Shown here: piece after piece, positions 7,164 through 15,288 of the stretch
How positions within the stretch are numbered: the stretch's first letter is position 1
Layout: each line of letters starts with the position of its first letter
Assembly (NCBI GenBank): GCA_964525185.1
Contig: CAZGFQ010000001.1
Coordinates: 29,486 to 93,485 of the forward strand
Origin: an uncultured bacterium
GTDB taxonomy: Bacteria; Fidelibacterota; Marinisomatia; Marinisomatales; UBA1611
Reading direction: 5' to 3'
Length of the DNA: 64,000 nt
Notes under the pieces: model-generated
What the model saw: the letters and a program-made list of their open reading frames with translations, nothing else
Told to the model about the DNA's origin: nothing
Databases searched by the model: none
Position numbers and translations under genes: made by a program

Positions 7164-7962
7164 GTTCACTCCCTGATGGGTGGCATTGATAACAAGCATT
7201 AGAATTATAAATATATCCCGATTCATCATCATGTTCATCGTCCATTTTACTTTGACGATGATCATGGCATACCCCATTTAAACCACAGGAAAATTCAGTG
7301 TAATCATTGGGATTAATATGACATTCTGCCGTGCAGGAAGTCCACTCATTTCGATGCTTTCCATTATATATAGGAAATAAAATATCATGATGTGACATAT
7401 CAATGGGTGACCAGGACCATGTGTTATGGCAAAGAATACAATCGGTATTATCAGGATGATTTCCAGCAATAATACTTTCTGATATTTCGGATTGATGGCA
7501 ACCATCACAATCCGTAGGCAACCAAGATGACCAGTTTTGTGAATTGGTTTGATGGCATTGGTTGCACAAGAGTGATTGATGCATTCCTGCCAATGGGAAT
7601 AGAGTCAATTCATGGTTGAAACCGGAAACAGACGTTTCCCAACTAATGGGAGAATGACATCGCTCGCAATCTAATCCATTTGCTTCTTGATGAATATCGA
7701 AATGGCAGTCACTACATTCAGTTGATTGATTTGAAAATTGATGTTTTTCTTCAACTGTATTTCCAATATGACATTGAATGCAATCAGCAAATTTATGTTG
7801 CCCTAACAATGTATATCGTGTTGTATTATGGTTAAAAAGTGGCTCATGAGATAAAGGTAGCCATGATTGTTCTCCATGGCAATCTGAACAGTCCATTGTT
7901 GTAATAATTTGATTTTGACTTAAACCAATAGTCAGTGTTAGCGTAATCATAATCCAAATCAT
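7156..7962 (-). CDS. Multihaem c-type cytochrome, 8 CXXCH + 1 CX3CH
   Basis: By manual count the motifs are CSDCH, CIQCH, CSDCH, CERCH, CNQCH, CDGCH, CILCH and CYQCH, plus CTAECH. It has a signal peptide and a 4-nt ATGA overlap with the upstream gene. Its N- and C-terminal modules are paralogous to those of the 925-aa cytochrome. Confidence 0.9.
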   Translation of the reverse strand: MIWIMITLTLTIGLSQNQIITTMDCSDCHGEQSWLPLSHEPLFNHNTTRYTLLGQHKFADCIQCHIGNTVEEKHQFSNQSTECSDCHFDIHQEANGLDCERCHSPISWETSVSGFNHELTLFPLAGMHQSLLCNQCHQTNSQNWSSWLPTDCDGCHQSEISESIIAGNHPDNTDCILCHNTWSWSPIDMSHHDILFPIYNGKHRNEWTSCTAECHINPNDYTEFSCGLNGVCHDHRQSKMDDEHDDESGYIYNSNACYQCHPSGSEHD

Positions 7963-10736
7963 TTGAATATTGGTTTATTATATTTCTTTTGTTTTTTAAT
8001 CCAAAAACGTAATAAATCACCGTCATCTCCATCATCTTCACTTCCATTCGGATGACAATTATAGCAGGCAGAACTTTCATAAACATAATCCGATTCTTCG
8101 TCATGTTCATCATCCATTTCACTTTGATCATGGTCGTGACAAACACCGTTTAACCCACACGAAAAATCCGTATAATCATCTGGATTGACATGACATTCCG
8201 CCTCGCAGCTGGTCCATTCATCCTCGTGTTCTCCTGAATAAATGGGGAAGTAATCCCCATCATGATCAAAGGTCACATCATCCCAATCCTCCGTGGTATG
8301 GCAGGCTTCGCAATTGGTGGGATCCCCATCATTATGCTCTTCATAAAAATCTTCCATATGACAAGATGCACACCCCTCGGTAATAGATGAATGATTAAAA
8401 TCGACGTCTTCCCAATCTGATGTTGAAGTATGGCATTGTTCACATTCGGTTGGGAATCCATCATCATGTTCTTCTTCAAAATCCGCCATGTGGCAATCTG
8501 CACATCCTGTTGTGATGTTGGTATGTTCAAAGGTTGCTCCTTCCCATGTATCTGTTCCTGTATGGCAATTTTCACATGTTTCAGAAAAACCTTGTCCAGT
8601 TGTATGGGGCGGATTTGACGCATTTTGGTAATCCACAAAATGGCAGGTGGCGCAAGGCGCACTCAAAGTATGAGCATAAATATCAGGCGACCAACCTAAA
8701 GGATTATGACATTCTTCACAAATATCAACAGAATATCCATAAACACTATGGTCAGGATCAGTTGTTTCATTAAAATCGGATAAGTGACATTGGCCATCCT
8801 GACATGAATTTGGTGTATTATTAATAATATTATTGATGTGACAATCATTACAGTCAGTCGTTAAATGTAATCCAAACAGAATAAAAGATGTTTGATCTTC
8901 TGTATGGGGAAACGGATCAATAATCCATTCCGAGGAATTGGGGTGGCAGAGCGCACAATCTGTGCTAATATTATTATTGCCATGGATTGGATCAGTACTA
9001 TTTTCATGTTCCGGAGTATGACATTCTTGACAATTTGTTTCTGTGAAATTGACATGATCAAAAATCAATTCTTCCCAAGATTGATCCGCATGGCATAACG
9101 CACAATTGTTGTTTATATTATGAGATGTATGGTTATAATCTGACGTTGTGGAATTGGTTGTAGCCAACCCACCATCAATATGGCATCCAGAGCAGTCTGA
9201 TGGTAAATCAAAATTTCCAACATCATGGCATTGTTCACAATCGATTAAAGCGTGGGCTCCACCAAGAGGAAAGTCTGTTAAGGAATGGTCAAATTCTGCC
9301 CCTTCCCATGTTTCAGTTGAATGGCACACTTCACAATTTTGACTATATTGGTCATCTGAATGAGATGGAGAATCAGGATAAACAGATGTGCCTGTTTCAT
9401 TAAAATCTTGCTCGTGACAAGACCAACAGTCGTTGGGTGTATTATTGTATATTTCATTTACATGACAGGATTCGCAATTAGTAGTAAGGTGTGCACCTGT
9501 CAAAAGATAATCTGTTTGTGAGACTGTATGGGTGAAGGGCGAAATAGTCCACGATTCTGTTGTGGCATGACATACTTCACAATCGGGACTGATATTTCCA
9601 TCAGCATGTGGTGGGTTGATGGAATTGATTTGTTCGGGAATATGGCAGGATTTGCAATCCGTATTGGTAAAATTGATATGATTAAAAATAAGTTCAGCCC
9701 AATGTGATCCCACGTGGCAGTTTTCACAGGTTTCATTGATTTGATGTGACTCATGATCATAGTCCGATTGGAGAGAATTTGTCGAAGCTAATCCGCCATC
9801 AACATGGCACCCAGCACAATCCATTGGAAGATCATAATTCCCGTCGCCGTGACATTGGTTACAGGTAATTGTATTATGCGCATCTAGAAGTGGGAATTCC
9901 GTTTCATTATGATCAAAAACTGCACCTTTCCATGTGCTCGTTGAATGGCATGCTAAACAATCTTGAGAATACCCAGCTTCAATATGACTTGGAGCATCAG
10001 GGAAAACGGATGTTCCTGTTTCGATAAATTCTGTTTCATGGCAGGACCAACAATTTTCCGGAAAATCATATGTTCCCCCCGAATGACATTTAGCACATGG
10101 GGTAGATTTATGGGCTCCATCTAAAATAAAATCTGAAACTAATTCATGGACAAACGTAGATGGTGTCCAAGATGATTGACTCGTTGAATGGCATTCTTCA
10201 CAGTCAGTATTTAGTCTTGATTCGATGTGAGCTGGATTTGTGGAACGATCATAATCAAGCCGATGACAATCATAACAATCAGTCGGGGTCAAATCAAAGT
10301 TTGTCATAGGTGTTTCTGTGTGGCATTCCCGACATAGTGTTTGTTTATGAGAGCCTAATAATGAAAATTGTGTTAATTCATGATTAAATGTCTTAGTTGT
10401 GACTTGCCAGGAATCATTTCCATGACATTGAGCGCAGTCATTTCCTAACTTATTTTTATGTACATCCAGATGGCATGATGAACATTCATTTTCATCTAGA
10501 CTAAATTGATGCTTTTCAGCCACGGTATTTCCTTGGTGGCAAGATGCGCAATCTTGAATACGATGACTCCCTTGCAATGGGAAATTGGTTATTGAGTGGG
10601 AGAACCCTTTTAAACTCAATGTAGTCCAATCATCTCCGCCATGACAATCGCTACATTCAAGCCCAGCCACATTGAGTTCTTGATTCTGAGCAGAAATAGT
10701 CCATTGCAATAGCATGATTAAAAAGAACCTTTTCAT
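7959..10736 (-). CDS. Giant multihaem c-type cytochrome, 32 CXXCH + CX4CH + CX3CH
   Basis: It has a signal peptide (MKRFFLIMLLQWTISAQ). By manual count there are 32 canonical CXXCH motifs, plus CQDGQCH (residue 645) and CEAECH (residue 844). F.H..T.F.L.G.H....C..CH units recur throughout, and a 4-nt ATGA overlap is present at both ends. Confidence 0.9.
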   Translation of the reverse strand: MKRFFLIMLLQWTISAQNQELNVAGLECSDCHGGDDWTTLSLKGFSHSITNFPLQGSHRIQDCASCHQGNTVAEKHQFSLDENECSSCHLDVHKNKLGNDCAQCHGNDSWQVTTKTFNHELTQFSLLGSHKQTLCRECHTETPMTNFDLTPTDCYDCHRLDYDRSTNPAHIESRLNTDCEECHSTSQSSWTPSTFVHELVSDFILDGAHKSTPCAKCHSGGTYDFPENCWSCHETEFIETGTSVFPDAPSHIEAGYSQDCLACHSTSTWKGAVFDHNETEFPLLDAHNTITCNQCHGDGNYDLPMDCAGCHVDGGLASTNSLQSDYDHESHQINETCENCHVGSHWAELIFNHINFTNTDCKSCHIPEQINSINPPHADGNISPDCEVCHATTESWTISPFTHTVSQTDYLLTGAHLTTNCESCHVNEIYNNTPNDCWSCHEQDFNETGTSVYPDSPSHSDDQYSQNCEVCHSTETWEGAEFDHSLTDFPLGGAHALIDCEQCHDVGNFDLPSDCSGCHIDGGLATTNSTTSDYNHTSHNINNNCALCHADQSWEELIFDHVNFTETNCQECHTPEHENSTDPIHGNNNISTDCALCHPNSSEWIIDPFPHTEDQTSFILFGLHLTTDCNDCHINNIINNTPNSCQDGQCHLSDFNETTDPDHSVYGYSVDICEECHNPLGWSPDIYAHTLSAPCATCHFVDYQNASNPPHTTGQGFSETCENCHTGTDTWEGATFEHTNITTGCADCHMADFEEEHDDGFPTECEQCHTSTSDWEDVDFNHSSITEGCASCHMEDFYEEHNDGDPTNCEACHTTEDWDDVTFDHDGDYFPIYSGEHEDEWTSCEAECHVNPDDYTDFSCGLNGVCHDHDQSEMDDEHDEESDYVYESSACYNCHPNGSEDDGDDGDLLRFWIKKQKKYNKPIFK
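8805..10052 (-). repeat. In-frame tandem duplication (2 x ~208 codons, 8 CXXCH each) inside the 925-aa cytochrome gene
   Basis: Residues 229-436 (CWSCHETEFIETGTSVFPDAPSH...) align colinearly with residues 437-644 (CWSCHEQDFNETGTSVYPDSPSH...). A third, truncated copy starts at residue 645 with CQDGQCHLSDFNETTDPDH. Confidence 0.8.
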
Positions 10737-12139
10737 CGGATATCACCCGTGAGTTTGTGACAATCAACGCACCGGCTTGGGATAGGTTGATAGCGCGTAA
10801 ATATTCCCACCTCATCTCGTTCAGTTGGGTGGCAATCTTGACAAGGAACATTTTGATGTTTTCTGTCTAAAGGGAATTGGGTTGAATCGTGTTGAAATTC
10901 TATAGTATTAAATGATGCTGATATGTGGCAAGATTCACATGTATTATTGTAATGAATCGCAAATTGATTTCGGTGTTCATCTTTATGACAAATTTTGCAT
11001 TCCGGGTTTTCCCATGTAAACTGAATTTGTGATTTTCCCGATTTTGTCTGGTAGGGTTTATGACATTGATTGCACGGAACTGCCATATGCCCACCATCCA
11101 ATACAAAACGCGAAATAAGGTGCATAGAAAAAGTAAATGTGGTTGGTTTAAATCCATTTACGGTATGACATGCAGCACAATCGCCTCCATCTTGTCTTCG
11201 GGTAAATTGTCCTTCATGATAATCGGCATGGCACGCTTGACAAGAAAGGTATAAGGGGAGAGTACCTGCTAAAGTTTGGTTATGGCAATCCATGCATTTC
11301 ACATTTGCATGTTTTCCGTCCAATGGGTATTTCGTTTTGGAATGATCAAAAGATTTTGTTTTTTTCCAATTTTCTGTGATGTGGCAGGATTCACATTTAT
11401 TCCCGTAACTGCCTTTGTGATAATCAGTATGGCATGAAGTACAGGATTCAAAATCGATTCCGGTAAGTTGCTGAACGGGTGGATTCCAATCTAAATGTTT
11501 TGTATGACATTTTTCGCAATCCACTTTTTTATGGGCTCCAGTCAGATGAAATTGAGAATTTTTATGATTAAAAGATTTGGATGCATCGGTCCAATTATTC
11601 ACATTATGACATGATTGACAATCAGATCCAACTTCACCTTTATGAATGTCACTATGGCAACTTTGGCAATCTTGAGATAAACCTAAAAAAGTGCGATCTA
11701 ATACAGGGAATGTGGTATTTTCATTTGCCCATTTGATGATAGGTTCCCAGACAATATTTTCTGCAGAGTGACATTCTCCACATTTAACTTTTCTATGTTT
11801 ACCTTCTAATCGATATCCCGTTTCATTATGGTCAAATTTGGCCATATTTTTTGGCCAAAATACCAATTCAAATTCTTTTCCATTATGATCGGAGTGGCAT
11901 AGACCACAATCTTTTTTTCGATCATCCCGATGATAACCCTTGTTTTGGTCCATCTTAATTTTCAAAGGTGTATGGCATTTTACACAGCCATCTGAAATTT
12001 CTTTTTTACCCAACTCATGACATTGGACGCAATTGGAGGTGCCTTCCAAATCCGCGTGGTATTTGGATAAAGGTCCAGGGGAAAATTGACTAAATATTAC
12101 CGATGTCATCATCATGAATTGAAGGATCAGTTTTTTCAT
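10733..12139 (-). CDS. Multihaem c-type cytochrome, 17 CXXCH
   Basis: The count of 17 CXXCH motifs is manual. The ATG at 12139 gives a signal peptide (MKKLILQFMMMTSVIFSQ), whereas the track start at 12166 is a TTG. Confidence 0.9.
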   Translation of the reverse strand: MKKLILQFMMMTSVIFSQFSPGPLSKYHADLEGTSNCVQCHELGKKEISDGCVKCHTPLKIKMDQNKGYHRDDRKKDCGLCHSDHNGKEFELVFWPKNMAKFDHNETGYRLEGKHRKVKCGECHSAENIVWEPIIKWANENTTFPVLDRTFLGLSQDCQSCHSDIHKGEVGSDCQSCHNVNNWTDASKSFNHKNSQFHLTGAHKKVDCEKCHTKHLDWNPPVQQLTGIDFESCTSCHTDYHKGSYGNKCESCHITENWKKTKSFDHSKTKYPLDGKHANVKCMDCHNQTLAGTLPLYLSCQACHADYHEGQFTRRQDGGDCAACHTVNGFKPTTFTFSMHLISRFVLDGGHMAVPCNQCHKPYQTKSGKSQIQFTWENPECKICHKDEHRNQFAIHYNNTCESCHISASFNTIEFQHDSTQFPLDRKHQNVPCQDCHPTERDEVGIFTRYQPIPSRCVDCHKLTGDIR

Positions 12140-12172
12140 TTGGTGCACATTCAGGTTGCGTGTCAAGACACA

Positions 12173-13039
12173 TTAACCATAACTCTCATGCGTGATTTGC
12201 TTTTTCTCAATCCCCAAGCCATCCAGAGAAAGCAAGACAGATTCCAAAAATCTGGGGGCAGGGGCAATTCCTTCTTTTCGTGCAGAGATCTTTTCATATT
12301 TTGATATACCCGGACCGCACAAATAAATCTGTGGGTGGTCCATTTTAGCCAATTCTCGTTCAATCCGTTCAGGGGTGATTCTGCCTGTTTGATAGGGAAG
12401 ATTAAATCCATCCGGTTCTTCACGAGTGAATAAAAAATCAACCGTTAATTGATCAGGGAATTCCATTTGTAAATCGATCAATTGTTTTCCAAAAATGGTA
12501 TTGTTCCAAGATTGATTGCTATAAACCAAGGTGTGTTTGATATCCGGGTAAAATTTTAAGGCATATTTTAATATACTATAATTGGGGACAATACCACTTC
12601 CTGCACAAATGTGTAGAATTTCGCTGGGCAAGGGTTCATTTTTTGGCAATGTGTAAGGTCCCGTAAATCCGGTCACTATCATTTTTGAACCTTTGTGCGT
12701 TCTTTTCGCAAGGATTGGAGAAAGGAGAGGCGGATACTTGGATTTTCCCGGATAATACATTTCTTCTTTGATGGTAATAGCCAGATATTTTTCATCTGGA
12801 GAACTGGATAAAGAATAAGCTCTCGGACTTTCCTTTTTACCTTTTTTATCTTCCAAAAAAGCCGTCCATCTTTCCAATGCTACAAATTGATGGGGATCAA
12901 TGGTCAAAAAATGCCCTGGTTCATAATCCAATAAATCATTCCCGGTAAACAGAATTAATGTTGTTGTATCAGGCGTCTCTTCGATTACATCTGCGACCAT
13001 GATTTCAAGTTTTTTTATTTTTTTACGATTTGTGCTCAT
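12173..13039 (-). CDS. Ferredoxin-NADP reductase-like FAD/NAD(P)-binding oxidoreductase
   Basis: It carries RAYSLSS (the RxYS FAD motif), the ICAGSGIVP nucleotide-binding motif and LCGPG near the C-terminus. There is no signal peptide. Confidence 0.8.
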   Translation of the reverse strand: MSTNRKKIKKLEIMVADVIEETPDTTTLILFTGNDLLDYEPGHFLTIDPHQFVALERWTAFLEDKKGKKESPRAYSLSSSPDEKYLAITIKEEMYYPGKSKYPPLLSPILAKRTHKGSKMIVTGFTGPYTLPKNEPLPSEILHICAGSGIVPNYSILKYALKFYPDIKHTLVYSNQSWNNTIFGKQLIDLQMEFPDQLTVDFLFTREEPDGFNLPYQTGRITPERIERELAKMDHPQIYLCGPGISKYEKISARKEGIAPAPRFLESVLLSLDGLGIEKKQITHESYG

Positions 13040-13077
13040 GCTTAAAATAGCTTCTCTTATAGTATTAACGACTGAAA

Positions 13078-14391
13078 CTAAGCCTTTGCTTCAACTTTTT
13101 TCCCAAATTCAATCCCGATAGAATTAAGCAGAGGAAAGGGTAATTCACCACCGGCGAATATAAATGTATAATCATTTTCTAATTCAACGGAAGAATCGGG
13201 AGTTTGCAAGGTGACTGTGGTGTTCGTAATTTTTTTTGGATTAGAATTTAAAACAGCTTTCAATAATCCATTTGAAATTGCTTCTTCAATATGGGATTCA
13301 TTTCTCGCTTTCAGGCGAAAGAAATTTTCCTTCCGATAAGAAATGGTTACCTCATTCCCCTCCTGATGGGCAAGTCCCAGAGCAGCTTCAATGGCACTAT
13401 CTCCACCGCCAACGACTAAAAGTTTTTTATGTTTATAGGTTTCTGCATCAATGAGCTTATACATCACTTTCCCTAATTCTTCTCCTGGAATGCCTAATTT
13501 CCTAGGAGTTCCTCTTCTGCCCAAAGCTAACACGACTCTGGAAGCCGAGGCGGGGCCAGAAGATGTTTCTATCGTAAAATTCCCTTGTTCGCCTGCAATT
13601 CCTTTCAATTGATGATTTGAAAGTAATCGAACTTTTTGTTCTCGGATAACTTTTTCCCAAATTGCCAATAAATCTTCTTTTTCATATTCGCCTTTTTCCA
13701 AAGCGCCAAATAAAGGTAATTCTACTGGCTGAACCAATACCAACTTTCTTCTTGGATATTGCAAGATGGTTCCACCGGGTTGATCCTGATCCAATACTAA
13801 ATAATTGAGGCCCAATTCCTTAGCTCGCAATCCTGCGGACAACCCAGCAGGCCCTGCACCAATAATGACTACATCAAATTCAGCTTTTGAACTTTCATCC
13901 TTATTGCGATGTATATGATCCACAGCCGTAACGCCATGGCTGATGGCATTTTTAATTAAGGCTAAACCGCTCAATTCACCAATAATATAGAGCCCTGGAA
14001 TATTGGTTTCAAAATCGTCCGATAATTGAGGAATATCTTCTCGTTGACTGATATCTCCTAATCCAATTTCAATCCCAGAAACCGGACACGCTTCAGCGCA
14101 TTTTCCATGTCCTACACAATGGCTGCCGTGAATGATAGTTGCTTTCCCGTCAATCAATCCCAAGACTGTACCTTCTGGACACGCATCCACGCAAATACCA
14201 CACCCAATACATAGCGATTGATTTATGATCGGATGTTGTAACAAAGCTTTATCTTGTCTTTTTGCGCGGGTTTCCTCGAGTCGTTTTCGGGTAAGAGCGT
14301 CCTTTTTTTTCATGGTTTGAATGTAGGGAATCAAAAAAATAAGGATAATCATAATGCCGATTCCCCATGAGAGTAATAATTCTGTATTCAT
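13078..14391 (-). CDS. Membrane-anchored Fe-S flavoprotein (ferredoxin domain + FAD/NAD(P) pyridine-nucleotide-disulfide-oxidoreductase-like domain)
   Basis: It has an N-terminal TM helix, CIGCGICVDACP, and CVGHGKCAEACP (His in place of the second Cys), followed by DVVIIGAGPAGLSAGLRA and LLVVGGGDSAIEAA dinucleotide folds. The ATG at 14391 overlaps the upstream stop by 1 nt; the track start at 14403 is a GTG. Confidence 0.8.
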   Translation of the reverse strand: MNTELLLSWGIGIMIILIFLIPYIQTMKKKDALTRKRLEETRAKRQDKALLQHPIINQSLCIGCGICVDACPEGTVLGLIDGKATIIHGSHCVGHGKCAEACPVSGIEIGLGDISQREDIPQLSDDFETNIPGLYIIGELSGLALIKNAISHGVTAVDHIHRNKDESSKAEFDVVIIGAGPAGLSAGLRAKELGLNYLVLDQDQPGGTILQYPRRKLVLVQPVELPLFGALEKGEYEKEDLLAIWEKVIREQKVRLLSNHQLKGIAGEQGNFTIETSSGPASASRVVLALGRRGTPRKLGIPGEELGKVMYKLIDAETYKHKKLLVVGGGDSAIEAALGLAHQEGNEVTISYRKENFFRLKARNESHIEEAISNGLLKAVLNSNPKKITNTTVTLQTPDSSVELENDYTFIFAGGELPFPLLNSIGIEFGKKVEAKA

Positions 14392-15257
14392 CAAAACACC
14401 CACGTATAACCCATGGCAACGACCACGGTAACATGAATAATCATGATAACAATCATCGTGTATGCAAATGGCTTATGAATCACATGCCAATAATGAAAAA
14501 GAGAATGGGCTGCAGACCAAAATGCAATTTGTCGATCCATTTTAACAATTTGACGTAAAGAATGCTTAAAAGATTTCATATCGGAATCTGAAACAGAAGC
14601 GGATGATTGAATATCTTTTTTAATTTTTTGCCATTTGAACCAACCGGTAATATCCATAAAAAGGATAGTAAAAATGCCCCATAACCCTCTTTTTTCAATT
14701 TGATCTGCACCAGATAAATCTCGGATGTGGTTAATGGTTTGGTTAGAAATACTAAATTTATTTTGAAAAGTTTGAATGATGTTCGAGAGATTGTCTTTGA
14801 ATTCATCTCTTGTTAATTCTTTCCCACTGACACGATGAGGAATCTTGATATAGATATAACGTCCGATAAATCCACTGGAAGCCACAGCTACCATGGACCA
14901 ATAAGAGATAGAAACCAAACCACCAAATTTAAAAGCTGTATGAAAGGTGACGAGAATAGGTCCAGCTATTCCGAGAAAAATATGATAATTAAGCCATGTA
15001 GGCAATTTGCCCCATTTCTTAAAAATTCCAACACGCTTTCTCAGGGAATACGCAAACATAATGATCATCATTAAACTACCTGCAATTCCAAGTCCATGAC
15101 CAATAAATCCACCTGGTTTCCACGCGCGATGAAGAGCAATTCGGGGACGATCAATCATGGATGCACCATAATAGTCCCCCGCCGTCAGTAAAATCCACAC
15201 AACAAACCCAAAGGTTATGAATGAAAAAAAGGTAATGATATATCGATGGATATTCAT
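14391..15257 (-). CDS. Six-TM membrane protein with two H-x13-H pairs (candidate dihaem-b, ferric-reductase/NOX-like transmembrane domain)
   Basis: One TM helix reads YHIFLGIAGPILVTFH and the last reads HKPFAYTMIVIMIIH, each with two His exactly 13 residues apart. The preceding LRKRVGIFKKWGKLPTWLNYHIFLG resembles the ferric-reductase domain motif. A loop of ~100 aa separates TM4 and TM5. Confidence 0.55.
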   Translation of the reverse strand: MNIHRYIITFFSFITFGFVVWILLTAGDYYGASMIDRPRIALHRAWKPGGFIGHGLGIAGSLMMIIMFAYSLRKRVGIFKKWGKLPTWLNYHIFLGIAGPILVTFHTAFKFGGLVSISYWSMVAVASSGFIGRYIYIKIPHRVSGKELTRDEFKDNLSNIIQTFQNKFSISNQTINHIRDLSGADQIEKRGLWGIFTILFMDITGWFKWQKIKKDIQSSASVSDSDMKSFKHSLRQIVKMDRQIAFWSAAHSLFHYWHVIHKPFAYTMIVIMIIHVTVVVAMGYTWVF

Positions 15258-15288
15258 AACAAAAGTTACTTTAACAATTATGATAAAC

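Noticed and set aside
7164-7277. N-terminal 38-codon extension of the barrel ORF (track start 7277)
   Set aside because: It would overlap the upstream cytochrome gene by about 120 nt. The ATG at 7163 yields a normal signal peptide and an 8-nt overlap.
7278-11254. Many 60-130-aa ORFs on both strands inside the multihaem cytochrome genes (e.g. 7278..7508, 7844..8146, 8273..8662, 8430..8618, 8534..8773, 8861..9061, 9148..9342, 9500..9760, 10900..11157, 11060..11254)
   Set aside because: They are off-frame or antisense within long ORFs whose products carry dozens of CXXCH motifs. They are by-products of the His/Cys/Asp-rich codon composition.
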